DNA from: Octopus vulgaris
Lineage: Eukaryota
DNA: 64,000 nt
Assembly: GCA_951406725.2 (NCBI GenBank)
Contig: OX597820.1
Location: 5,580,001-5,644,000, forward strand
Direction: 5' to 3'
Of the stretch, positions 1 through 15,200 are shown in pieces. The position numbers and the translations under genes are program-made. Under the pieces are notes generated by a model. It saw only the letters and a program-made list of their open reading frames with translations. It had not been told where the DNA came from and ran no database searches. Each line of letters begins with the position of its first letter. The first letter of the stretch is position 1.

Positions 1-1960
<1,960 letters not shown>

Positions 1961-2573
1961 ATGTAATAAAACCATTATAAATATATCAACAACATTTCCA
2001 GGCACGAAAGCCGCCACCGACGACCCCTCATGTCCAAAACTACAAAAATAAAAACAAAAGCAAAAACAAAACAAACACTAACAACAACAGTAATAACGAT
2101 ATTAGCAAATGTGTGTATACACACACAGAGACACAGACAGACAGACACACACACACACAAACGCAACCAAATACGTGTATATGAATATAGTTCGGTGACA
2201 TTGGAATTTTAGCATCTGGAATTGAATCGGTTTTGGTGATTCGCCGTGAAACGTTTGGTGTGTGTAGAATGTTATATTTTTAAAGCCGTGACAAACCCAC
2301 CCCGCCACAAACCCCGTGCCCCCCCCCCCTGGCCCTACCACTACTCACGGCTAATGATTACCAAACTTGCAGAAGCAGGAAGATGAAGCATAAATTTACA
2401 TACGTAGACACAAAGTGATACAAGTTGCCATTTTTTTTTTTTTGTTATTGCTGTCTTTTGTACCAGGATGGAGTAGTTTTCGATGGCCACACTCTTTATA
2501 CACACATACATACATACATACATACATACATACATACAGACAGACAGACAGACAGACAGACATGCGTACGTAC

Positions 2574-2626
<53 letters not shown>

Positions 2627-2650
2627 CATGCATACATACGTACGTACATA

Positions 2651-3162
2651 TCTATATATATAAAACTGTAGTTGTGTGAGTGTCTGTCCCCTTCGATTTA
2701 GATTCCTAACTCCTCCCACATTTTGCGGTGCAGTTTAACCAAATTCAGGTATCTTATAGTCGTGATTCATATCGAGCCCGTCTGAGTATTAGCGCGCGTC
2801 TACGATGAGTCTACGATTTTAAAAATAATTTAACATAATTTTTTATTCCATTTTAATGCATAATTTTTCGTGTGTCGATGGCGACGGAGTTGGCGTCCAT
2901 GGTCACACCTGCACCTGTTTGCTTCTCCCCCTTCTCTCTCCCTCGTGAAGCTGTGGGGAAGGGAGTGTAAGGAAATCAACGTCGTAAAGCGTTGTCAAGG
3001 AGACCAGCGTTCTTTTAGAACAACGACTTCATGGCTTGAAGACACCAAAACAGAAATGGCTAAGAAAGCCCGAATTGGCATCTATAAAGGAAGTAACTCT
3101 CTAAAAATGCTTATATAGTTATTTCCCTTACAAACCCGAGCAACGCCGGGCGATACTGCTAG
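2651..3162 (+). mobile_element. Non-autonomous Helitron-like element (~512 bp)
   Basis: Starts A|TCTATATATATAAAAC at 2651. Ends with hairpin CCCGAGC-AAC-GCCGGG (3135-3150) then CTAG|T (3159-3162). No TSD. These are canonical Helitron termini. Confidence 0.75.
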
Positions 3163-3444
3163 TGTATATATATATATATATATGTGTATATATATATATA
3201 AATTTATATATATATACATAAATTTATATATACATATATATATATATATATGATATGTATATATATATATATATATATATAGATATAGATATATCAATAT
3301 ATCAATAGATATATCAATATGTATGTATGTATGTATGTATGTATGCATGTATGTATGTATGTTATGTATGTATGTATGTATGTATGTATGTATGTTTGTA
3401 TGTATATAATGTATGTATGTATGTATGTTTGTATGTATATAATG

Positions 3445-3870
3445 GATCCTCCTGACGGTTTTGAGGTATGAGGCTCCGACAACATATTCTTTCTTTGACA
3501 GTCATAATGCTTATGCCAACAATTTGCAAGAAGGCCCACAGATCTTGCAAACAGAAAATGTCTTTCGTAATCATCGTGGGATATCGCTCCTGTCTATTGT
3601 AAGATTCTTGCTCGACTTATTCTCGGCAGGATCATCAAACACGTTGTAAATGATATCTATATGCAGAATCATCAGTGCGGATTTCGCTCTGGTCATGGCA
3701 TTATCGACATGTTCTTTTACCTTGGACAGGTCATGGAGATGGTACGGGAGATGAACCATGAGCTATTCATAGTATTCGTTGACCTTACTAAGGCCTTCGG
3801 CAATGTTAACCGACAAGCACTATGGAAAGATCTGAAAAAGCTTGGTATACCTGACAAGATGCTGAATGTT
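3445..3870 (+). mobile_element. RTE-clade LINE reverse transcriptase fragment (disabled)
   Basis: Translations NHRGISLLSI and QCGFRSGHGIIDMFF...FIVFVDLTKAFGNVNRQALWKDLKKLGIP are RT motifs typical of RTE. Frameshifted and flanked by microsatellites. Confidence 0.85.
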
Positions 3871-3891
3871 ATATATATATATATATATATA

Positions 3892-4077
3892 TGATGTTGG
3901 CAAATGAAATAGGGATAAGATTGTGCATTGTCCGTTTAAATGGAAAATTCTATAAGTGGCTGAAGATTGCTCGACATTTTAAAACTTATGTAATACTTAC
4001 GTTGTTTTATAAAATGAAGTAGCATGAAACAATTGTACTATTCTACCATGGATATCCTTGTTGCTTATTTTGAGTAT
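3892..4077 (+). repeat. Interspersed repeat module A (MITE-related), second copy at 42417-42597
   Basis: Shares atgttggcaaatgaaata...gtggctgaagattgctcgacattt...ggatatccttgtt(g/a)cttattttga with 42417-42597. Confidence 0.75.
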
Positions 4078-4167
4078 ATACATATAATTGAGATTCACTT
4101 GAATTAGGCACTTAAGTTGAAGCACTAAGTCCAGTATTATCAGCACAGCTCGAAGTAAGGTGAATAA

Positions 4168-4372
4168 AATCAAAATAAGCAGCAGGATATCGAGTAGTGA
4201 TGCCGTACCACCGTTTCAAGCGGCTCCGTTTAATTGAACAATGCAATCCTTACATCAATTTAAATGATGTAATTATTGCATTTAAATTGATGTAATGATT
4301 GTTCAATTAAATGGAGCCGCTTGAAACGGCCGTACTGCATTACTACTCGATATCCTCTTGCTTATTTTGATT
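4168..4372. mobile_element. Fold-back MITE with ~75-bp inverted arms
   Basis: Left arm aatcaaaataagcagcaggatatcgagtag...gtttcaagcggctccgtttaattgaacaat is the near reverse complement of the right arm. Related copy at ~43223-43480. Confidence 0.8.
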
Positions 4373-5452
4373 ATATGTATATGTATTTACATATTTTCAA
4401 CGTCTACTTATAGCTTGTCGCTTTGCGGGAGCCTAGATTTAAGCACTGTATTTGACCACACTTCAGAAAAGCAAATCCACTAAAACTGCCCACCTGCTGT
4501 CTCCGATCTGAAGTTTCGGTTCGGTTTGATGAAACTCTTTCTACCTCATTTTCGCTCAAATCTGGAGATTCGCAGGGTTCAGCTTTGTTCCCGAATCTCT
4601 TCCCTGAATAACTTTCTTGAACCGGATTTCTATTCGGGTTTAACATTTCCCAAACATGCATTATCAACACATAACCTAGACTCCATATATCAAACTCGCA
4701 CTAATTCCATGAACAGAGGCCTTGAGAGCATCGTCTAGTAAGGACACGACAATCTTGGCCTCTTTGAACAGCGAAAACATTCAAGCACTACATCTTTGCT
4801 AAGCATCCCAAACATTCAGACGAGCCTGAAATCTCTCTAAATGATGGTCGTTATTATCACCATATATCTCGCTTGGCAAAAGTTTACTTGTTAATAATTA
4901 TACCTACCTACCTACCTACCTACCTACCTACCTACCTACCTACCTACCTACCTACATACATACATACATACATACATACATACATACATACATACATACA
5001 TACGTACATACATACATACATACATACATACATACATACATACATACATACATACATACATACATACATCCATCTCCATATACATATATATGTATATGGA
5101 GATGCATATAAGAAGCTAGTTAAATAATTTAATATATTCATGGTAAAAACTTTATACTGTGCTGTCCAAAGCACCTCTCCAGGTTTCGGCTAGCAAATGA
5201 TATCACACAATGGGACTTCATCAGTCACTGGATATACACGTGAAAATCTGCAGATATCCGTAGAATTTTTAATAAATAAATAAATAGGGAACGGACTGAA
5301 GAGGCTTTATTACATATCCCTAGAATTATTTCAATTCATCAATACAACCCGTCCATTGCTGAATGTTACGTTTGTTATAAACAATATATCAATATCACTA
5401 AACGATTGCACGACGTTTCGGGTGAAGAAAGTAAAAATGTACATACATGCAT

Positions 5453-5545
<93 letters not shown>

Positions 5546-5599
5546 GAAATTAAAAAATGAAAATACGCACACTTATATAGTTTTAATATAATTTTTAAT

Positions 5600-5634
5600 A
5601 TATCGACCGGTTTCGCTAATGCTATTCATGATAT
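5600..5634 (-). ncRNA. Minimal type I hammerhead-ribozyme-like motif, variant core
   Basis: Minus strand reads ATATC-ATGAATA-GC(ATTA)GC-GAAA-CCGG-TC-GATAT: 5-bp stem I, 2-bp stem II, palindromic loop III. Confidence 0.5.
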
Positions 5635-5707
5635 TATGTTTTACTTATTTGAATATATATTTTTTCTTAAGAAGAAATTATTTTGTCCATATTGTGTGTG
5701 ATGAATA

Positions 5708-5767
<60 letters not shown>

Positions 5768-5840
5768 TATATATATACATATATATATTTATACATATAT
5801 TATCTCTGCGTGTATGTGTTTGTGTGTGTGTGTGTGTGTA

Positions 5841-6035
5841 TAGTCAATCCAAGCAAGAACATGCCAGAAAAAACAACGCGAGGACGTGGAATAAGTACTG
5901 TGTTGTTGGACGCTTAGGAAAGGAAAGAAAAGAAAGAGGATTTCACGTTTCGAGTGGAGCTCTTCATCAGAAATATAGAAAAAGTCCAAAGAAGGGAAGA
6001 CGGAGAAAGAAAATCGCCAAGGATACACACGCAAC
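5841..6035 (-). repeat. Penelope-terminal-like short interspersed repeat carrying a hammerhead-like core
   Basis: Homologous, in opposite orientation, to 11700-11872 (shared acaacgcgaggacgtggaa). Minus 5970-5944 reads CTGATGA-A-GAGC-TCC-ACTC-GAAACGTG. Confidence 0.55.
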
Positions 6036-6076
6036 ATACATACATACATACATACATACATACAGATACACGTACG

Positions 6077-6405
6077 TGTGAAGTTGCATGGCTCAGTGGT
6101 TAAAGCGTAGTGAGTTCGATTCCCGGATCAGGCTGTGTATTGTGATCTTGAAGACACTTTATTTTACGTTGCTCCAGTTCACTCAGCTGTAGAAACGAGT
6201 TGCAACGTCGCTGGTGCCAAGCCTTTTTCGGTGTTCGCTTTTTCTTTGGATAACATCGGTGTCGTGGAGAGGCGGGGCTGAAATGCATGGGTGACCGCTG
6301 GTCTTCCATAAACAGCCTTGCTCTGATTTGTGCCTCGGAGGGGGGAACATTCACATTCTAAGTGCAATCCCATGGTCATTCATGACCGAAGGGCGTCTTT
6401 ACTTT
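6077..6405 (+). mobile_element. tRNA-derived SINE (core A, tail 1)
   Basis: A box tggctcagtgg, B box gagttcgattcc, core acactttattttacgttgctccagttcactcagctg. Confidence 0.75.
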
Positions 6406-6739
6406 TGCACACGTTTGTACCAACGCATGTACGTACATCAATGATGAAATAAAGATCTGTACAGTCTGTATCACACCATTTCTCCATCCTGAAAGAGTTA
6501 GAATATCAATTTGTTCGGGTACATACCCTCTATAAAGCTCAACTGTGATTCAGCTTTGAGTACCGTTCGCGTATTTGCAACAGGTTTTATTGCAACTCAC
6601 GTCTTAGACCCCAACCCGATAACCCAGACGCCGAATTGATAAAACCTCAATGGTTTTCTCTTTCTCCCCCCCCTTCTCTCTCTCTGCTTCTCTCTTTTTT
6701 CTATCTGTCCGTCTGTCGGTATCTTTATTTATATATAAA

Positions 6740-6975
6740 GGCGGCGAGCTGGCAGAAACGTTAGCACGCCAGGCGAAATGGGTAGCCGTAATTCGTCTGT
6801 CGTTACGTTGTGAGTTCGAATTCCGCCGAGGTCGACTTTGCCTTTCATCCTTTCGGGGTCGATAAGTTAAGTACCAGTTACGCACAGGGGTCGATATAAT
6901 CGACTTAATACCTATGTCTGTCCTTGTTTGTCCCCTCTGTGTTTAGTCCCTTGTGGGTAATAAAGAAATAGGTAT
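6740..6975 (+). mobile_element. SINE family C
   Basis: ggcggcgagctggcagaaacgttagc...gagttcgaattcc...gtcgactttgcctttcatcctttcggggtcgat...gtaataaagaaata. Many copies in the window. Confidence 0.85.
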
Positions 6976-7054
6976 CCTTATTTATATATATGCGTTGTCA
7001 GTCTTGTGTCTGCTGCATATATAGTGTATGCTCTGTGAGAGCATACACACTCGA

Positions 7055-7085
<31 letters not shown>

Positions 7086-7170
7086 TGTATGTATGTATGT
7101 ATGTATGTATGTATGTATGCGTGTTTGTATTTATGTATGTACCTTTCTATCTATCAATATACATGCATAC

Positions 7171-7205
<35 letters not shown>

Positions 7206-7279
7206 CTTACATATACATATAAATCTATATATGTACATACATATATATATAAACATAAATATAAATATATATATACATA

Positions 7280-7321
<42 letters not shown>

Positions 7322-7372
7322 ATATGTATGTATATATGTGTGTATATGTATGTATATATGTGTGTATATGTA

Positions 7373-7409
<37 letters not shown>

Positions 7410-7430
7410 ATATATATATGTATATATGTA

Positions 7431-7484
<54 letters not shown>

Positions 7485-8019
7485 GTATATATGCACACAC
7501 ACACACACATATATATTTGCAAATGTATATATATGTATATATATATATATATATATGAATATATGTATGTATATATGTGTGTATGTGCGTATATATATAT
7601 ATATATTATATATGTATATATGCACACACACACACATATATATATATTTGTAAATGTATATATATATACATATATATATATATGTGTGTGATGACAAGCA
7701 ACTTATGAATCCTATAAGAAAGACAAGATATATGAGAGACGCACGATGAAAGAGAAAGAGAGAAAGAGAGGGAGGTTGGTGGGGAGAAAGCATTGACAAT
7801 ATTAAAGTAAAATATATCAATGAATCTTTTAAAAAGCCCGACTGTAAATTTATGGCATAGCCTAGTGAAGTCGTCTGTTTTCTAGAAAGACCGCTTTGAC
7901 TGATAAAAGGAAACCATCAATCTAGGAGAGGTTAATATAATGAAGGAAATATGTGAGGACATGTTGATGTTGCTATAGAGAGTGAGTAATCTATGTTTTA
8001 GATGTCAGGACATCTAATA

Positions 8020-8400
8020 TGGAGGTGCAATGGCCCAGTGGTTAGGGCAGCGGACTCGCGGTCGTGGGATCGCTGTTTCGATTCCCAGACCAGGCGTTGT
8101 GAGTATTTATTGAGCGAAAACACCTAAAATGCTCCACGAGGCTCCGGCAGGGGTGGTTGGTGGTGATCCCTGCTGTACTCTTTCACCACAACTTTCTCTC
8201 ACTCTTACTTCCTGTTTCTGTTGTACCTGTATTTCAAAGGGCCGGCCTTGTCACTCTCTGTGTCACGCTGAATATCCCCGAGAACTACGTTAAGGGTACA
8301 CGTGTCTGTGGAGTGCTCAGTCACTTACACGTTAATTTCACGAGCAGGCTGTTCCGTTGATTCGGATCAACCGGAACCCTCGTCGTCGTAACCGACGGAG
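8020..8400 (+). mobile_element. tRNA(Arg)-like-headed SINE (core B, tail 2)
   Basis: tggcccagtggttaggg A box, TCG anticodon-like loop, gtttcgattcc B box. Core shared with 47545-47860 and tail shared with 20382-20707. Confidence 0.8.
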
Positions 8401-9194
8401 AAAGAATGAGATCTAATATAGACGTGGAGAGCAGTTAAATGTGGCGCAGACGAAGTATGGAGTTGAAGTCGTATGTGAAGTTTCAAAGATCTGGTTTTGG
8501 AGATGTCTGGAGTTCTAAGAGAGAAATAGAGAGACCGTCTGACAAGTGGTAGAGAGGACGCATAAAAACGAAGCTGTATGAAGAGTTTCAAAGACAAGCA
8601 GAGTGTTGTTGCATAAAAAGGAATATAAAACTAAAGGCAGAACGAAGAAACATAAAAATATATAAATTCCACAATATATTGGAACGGTGTGGTTTTCAAA
8701 TTAATTTCTTAATTTTTTTTAAACATTTTAGTAATGAATTCTGGAATGGCAGTTTTAAAACGGTTCTTTTGAAGGAACCTGGCAGAAACTGTTGAGTTAT
8801 GTCAATGATTCAAATCGACAAGAATATGGTATGCATTAAAGACAGCAGCAAAAGAAAAAGAAAGAAAACGAAAAAAAGAGTAAGAAACAAAGAAAGGGAG
8901 TAAGAAAAAGATAAACCGAGACAATGGTAAGATAATACACAACAGTTTCGAATCAAAGTGAAATCAAAGGGGAATCCAGTTTCTTGAATAGATTATAAGG
9001 GGCTGTTGTTTAGTTACCATACGGCGCTGCCACAAATAAATAAATAAATAAATAAAAAGCGACTTGGCTCTGTACGAGTCATCTTTTATTCATTGTAAAA
9101 AATATGCGACATTTTTTAAAAACCAGTCGAAAGAAGGCGGAGTTAGAATTAAGTTCTTTGTATTTCAGATTTGAATACAGAATAAAAAAGATCA

Positions 9195-9350
9195 GAAAAG
9201 GCCACTTGGAAGGCCTCCACGGTGATGGGAAGACGATTTAATTAAGCAATTTGGGTCAAGGTGAAAAAGTATGGCGCAATCAAGAGAGAATTGGAAGCGC
9301 ATTGTGATTAGCGGTATATAACAGCATTTGATGGTCTGGCCGGTACCGTG
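9195..9350 (+). mobile_element. 3' end fragment of an RTE-like LINE
   Basis: Translates RPLGRPPR*WEDDLIKQFGSR*KSMAQSRENWKRIV, matching the RTE C-terminal GRP..W.D...AQ.R..W pattern. Confidence 0.55.
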
Positions 9351-11699
9351 ATCCTGTGAATATAGATTTGGTCTTCCGTATTGATTCCCAAACATTTTGA
9401 ACTCGCAGTACATTCGAAAAATATTTACGAGTGACACTTCACAAAAATGTATAGAAAAATGTTAAAATTAATTTGAGTCAGAAGAAAACTATTGAATTTT
9501 TTCTGTTTGAAGGACGGTCTACGTTTTATTGTATTTCGATACAAATTTAGCTTTTCATGTCAATTATGAATATCACTGCGATTTATTTTTTTCTTTTTGA
9601 GAAATCATTAAAAAGAAAAAGTCACGAATCTTTACAGATTATAATCTTAACCAGTCAATCAGATCCACCCATTGTTGACAATACGGAAACCCAGAATTCG
9701 TCATTTTTATATGCTTCAATGGCAACTAAGAGAGTTAGAGGAAGGTATATAGTTGTGGTTTAGTATTTAGGGTTGGAGGTCATTTTTAGGCTTAGGGTTA
9801 ATGATAGTTTAAATCAACGTGATAGGGCAACGAGATAATACTACTGTCCAAGTAGACCTTGGCAGGATTTGAAATCAGAAGGTTAAGAGCCGGGGCAAAC
9901 ATCACACGGTAACCGTTATGATGTTCTTACAGTTCTGCCAGTCCATCGCATTGGATCGCTATTATGTTTTATGGAAAGATGAAAAGCAAAATTGACTTCA
10001 GCAGGATTTGAACTCGAAACGAAGAGAGCCGGAACAAAAGCCGCAAACTATTCTGTTGACCTCTCTGACGACTGTCAGTTTTCCGCCCAAACGGTACCTC
10101 TTGGCATAAAAATCATTTACACAGTTGCATCGTTTCAAGTTTATAATTAATTTTTCCTTAAATCAAAATCCAGTTTGCTGTGTTTAGATTTCTCTGCTGA
10201 ATTTCATAATAAAAAGCGAATCTATATTTAGTATGTCTGCGATGACTATAAACAAGGCGACAAAACCTGGCATTTCTTGGCAAATATGTGTTTGATGGGG
10301 AAGTATAATAGACAAGAGTGAAATGTTTGTAGATTTGGAGAACTCGAGGTGATGGTCTCGCTGCGGCGATCAAGGGCTTTCTATTTGTGAAAGCACTCAC
10401 TGCTTGATTGTGAAGACAACTAAAAAGAACTCCTAAATATATTATTTGTAGTATGAGCTATAACTACTTAAGTCCTCTTAGAGGCTTCCTTTTATGATGC
10501 TAGATCAGAAGTAAAGTACGAAGTTGTGGGGTTAAAGATTAAACGAACATGAAAGTAAGAGAAAATAAAAACCATTTGCTGTAAGACTATATGAAACATT
10601 CTTCCTTAGAACAATACTGAATGATTAAATGGGAATTACTGAGGAAGTTAATTAAAGGAGGGGAAAATGATAAGAATATGAAGGGGCTGTTGTACGTAAC
10701 GTTTTGTCAATGTTGGATAACAGAAACGATATGAACAATATCAAATATTATTTTAATTATTTATAGCAGATTTGGGCGGAGCAGCAGAAGAAGGGTTGAG
10801 AGCTGGATTAAAGGCCATATGGCATTTAGTTACCTTCTTTCAAACCTAACCAACGTTCACTTTGCCTTTAATGTTTGTTGATAAAATAAATACGAGATCA
10901 CGAGCAGATTATGTTCTACTTGCTCATGGTTTAGTTAACAACCCTTCAAATCTTCCAAGTGTCTGTCAATCGGGTGGCTTGAAGTTAAATTCATACTGCG
11001 GACCTGTAGCTATGCTTGCAGCCTGCGTGGGGGTGAAGGGTTCCTCTGGAGTTCTTTTAGTGTGGTAGTTCTAATCTCTACAAAAGTCTTAACTCTACCA
11101 TTCTTCCAAGTTTCCTCGCATATTCTCTCTTACTTCCAACGACACCTGACGAAGGTCAGTCATGTGCAGTGGAATCAACGGCAAAATGGCATTATTGCGA
11201 AAAGAACACGTGAGCCATACATCTATAAACCTTCCTACATATCTGTGACTTTATGCAAAACTTTAAACAGCGTTTGGTCTCCAGGCTGGCTGTTTGAAGT
11301 AAATCACTGATCAACAAGCCTGAGTATTATCTTTATCTTTTAGTTTCCATTCGTTTCAGTCATTGAACTGCGGCCACGTTGCAGCACCACATTGAAGGAT
11401 TTTAATTAAATTTATCGACTCCAGTATATTTTTTTAAGTATAGTCTCGGACTCTCTTGACTTATGAGGACGTAAACAAAACTAACACCTGTTGTCAAGGG
11501 GGAACAATCATAAGCAAAAGGAGACGCATACATACACATATATTGAAATATATTGACTGGATATTAGTAACAGAATAAAGATATGTTTATTCTTTTAGTT
11601 AACAGCTGTTTCGTAATCTGTGTTATTAGTTGCGTAAGTTAGGCTACATTACGCGTCACACACATACACATGAATATGTGTTTGAAGATATATTTATTG

Positions 11700-11998
<299 letters not shown>

Positions 11999-12045
11999 AT
12001 ATATTTGTATAAATATATATATATGTGTGTGTATATATACATATA

Positions 12046-12092
<47 letters not shown>

Positions 12093-12187
12093 TTATATAT
12101 ATATATATTTGTGTGTGTGTGTGTGTGTGTATACATATAAATATATTTGTATAAATATATATATATGTGTGTGTATATATACATATA

Positions 12188-12243
<56 letters not shown>

Positions 12244-12272
12244 CAAGCAGCTAAGCCGGGTTTGACTCGGTC

Positions 12273-15200
12273 TTGGCGAACCGCTATTCATTTTATCGAT
12301 AACGTTTGTCGAAGCGCTAAGTCATTTTATCGATCTTGTTTGGCGAACTGCTAGTTCATTTTATCGATCTCGAATGTCAAACCGTTATGTGATTTTATCG
12401 ATCTCGTTTGGCGAACCGCTAGGTCATTTTATCGATCTTGTTTGGCGAACTGCTAGTTCATTTTATCGATCTCGTTAGGCGAAGCGCGATTTCATTTTAT
12501 CGATCCTGTTTGTCGAACCGCTAAGTCATTTTATCGATCTCGTTTGGCGAACCGCAACGTCATTTTAACGCCTTTTTTGGGCGAACCGCTGTCAATTTAT
12601 CGATCTGGTTTGGCGAACAGCTATGTCATTTTATCGATCTGGTTTGGCGAACAGCTAATTCATTTTATCGATGTCATTTGGCGAACCGCCAGTTTATTTT
12701 AACGATCTTGTTTGGCGATCCGCAATGTCAATTTATCGATCTGGTTTGCCGAACCGCTATGTCATTTTATCGATTGCGTTTGGCGAAACGCTATTTCATT
12801 TTATCGAAATCGTTTGGCGAACCGCTAGTTCATTTTATTGATCTTCTTTTCCGAACCGCTAAGTCATTTTATAGATCTCATTTGTCGAACCAATAAGTAA
12901 TTTTATCGATGTCGTTTGGCGAACCGCTAGATGATTTTATCGATCTCGTTTGGCGAATCGCTAATTCATTTTATCGCTGTCATTTGTCGAACCGCTTATC
13001 CAATTTATCGATCTCGTTTGGCGAACCGCTAATTCATTTTATCGATTGCGTTCGCGAACCGCTAAGTCATTTTTTCGAACTCGTCGGGCGAAACGCTAAG
13101 TCATTTTTTCGATCACGTTTGTCGAACCACTAAGTCATTTTATCGATGACCTTTGGCGAAGCGCTAAGTCATTTTAACGATCTCGTTTGGCGAACACCTA
13201 AGTTATTTTATCGATCTCGTTTGGCGAAGCGCTATGTCATTTTATCGATGACGTTTGGCGAACCGCTAGGTCATTTTATCGATCACATTTGTCGAACCGT
13301 TATTCCATTTTATCGATCTCGATTGTCGAACCGCTAATTCATTATATCGATTACGTTTGTCGAACCGCTAATTCATTTTTTCGATGTCGTTTGTCGTACC
13401 GCTAGTTCATTTTATCGATCACATATATCGACCCGCTAAGTCATTTTATTGATCTAGTTTGTCGAACAGCGAAGTAATTTTATCGATCTCCTTTGTCGAA
13501 ACGCTGTCATTTTGTCGTTCCCGTTTGTCGAAACGCTAAGTCATTTTATCGATCTCCTTTGTCGAAACGCTAGGTAATTTTATCGATCTCGTTTGTGCGA
13601 CCCGCTTTGTCAATTTATCCATCTGCTTTAGCGATCCGCTAGGTCATTTTTTCGAACTTGTTTGGCGAACCGCTGTCGTTTCATAGATTGCGTTTGGCGA
13701 ACCGCTAAGTCATTTTATCGAGCTCGGTTGGTGAAATGCTATGTCATTTTATCGATATCGTTTGGCGAACGGCTATGTCATTTTATCGATGTCGATTGTC
13801 GTTCCACTAAGTCATTTTATCGGTCACGTTTGTTTAACCGCTAAGTCATTTTATCGAATCCGTTTGGCGAAGCGCTTTATCATTTTATCGATCTTGTTTG
13901 GCGAACCGTTCAGTCGTTTCATAGATTGCGGTTGGCGAACCGCTAGGTCATTTTATCGAGCACGGTTGGTGAAATGCTATGTCATTTTATCGATATCGTT
14001 TGGCGAACCGCTATGTCATTTTATCGATGTCGAATGTCGTTCCACTAAGTCATTTTATCGGTCACGGTTTGTTTAACCGCTAGGTCATTTTATCGATCCC
14101 GTTTGGCGAAGCGCTTTATCATTTTATCGATCTTGTTTGGCGAACCGCTGTGTCATTTTATCGATGATGTTTGGCGAACCGCTATGTTATTTTATCGATG
14201 CCGATGTCGAACCGCTATGTCATTTTATCGATCTTGTTTGGCGAACCGCTAGCTTATTTTATCGATCTCGATTGGCGAAGCGCTAGGTCATTTTAACGAC
14301 AATCGTTTGGTGAACCACTAAGTCAATTTTATCGATCTGGTTTGCCGAACCTCTATGTCATTTTATCGATCTCGTTTGGAGAATCGCTATGTCATTTTAA
14401 CGATCCCGATTGGCGAACCGCTAAGTCATTTTATCGATCTCGTTTGGCGAACCGCTAGGTCATTTTATCGAACGCGATTGGCGAACCGGTAAGTCATTTT
14501 ATCGATCCCGTTTGGCGAACCGCTAAGTCACTTTATCGGACTGGTTTGTCGAACCGCTAAGTCATTTTATCGAACCCGTTTATCGTACCGCTAGGTCATT
14601 TTATCGATCACATTTGTCGAACCGCTATGTCATTTTAACGATCCCGATTGGCGAACCGCTAAGTCATTTTATCGATCTAGTTTGGCGAACCGCTAGGTAA
14701 TTTTATCGAACGCGATTGGCGAACCGGTAAGTCATGTTATCGATCCCGTTTGGCGAACCGCTAAGTCACTTTATCGGACTGGTTTGTCGAACCGCTAAGT
14801 CATTTTATCGAACCCGTTTATCGTACCGCTAGATCATTTTATCGATCACATTTGTCGAACCGCTAAGTCATTTTATTGATCTTTTTATTTCGAACCGCTA
14901 TGTCATTTTATTGATCTAGTTTGTCGAACCGCTAGGTCATTTTATCGATCCCGTTTGTCGAAATGCTATGTCATTTTGTCGAACCCGTTTGTCGAAAAGC
15001 AAAATCATTTTATCGATCTCGATTGTCGAACCGCTAGGTATTTTAATCGATTTCGTTTGTGCGACACGCTAAGTCAATTTATCCATCTGATTTGGCGAAC
15101 TGCTAAGTTATCTTTCGATCACGTTTGGCGAACCGGTATGTCATTTTATCGAATTCGTTTGGCGAACCGCTAAATCATTTTATCGATCTAGATTATCGTT

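Noticed and set aside
5181-5224. Hammerhead motif CTGATGA...GAAAC on the minus strand
   Set aside because: No convincing stem II and no UH cleavage site. Similar weak cases at ~11600-11657 and ~37616-37650 lack the CUGANGA core.
8020-8095. tRNA-Arg gene
   Set aside because: It continues directly into a SINE body with no clean acceptor stem or terminator, and is repeated at 47790-47862.
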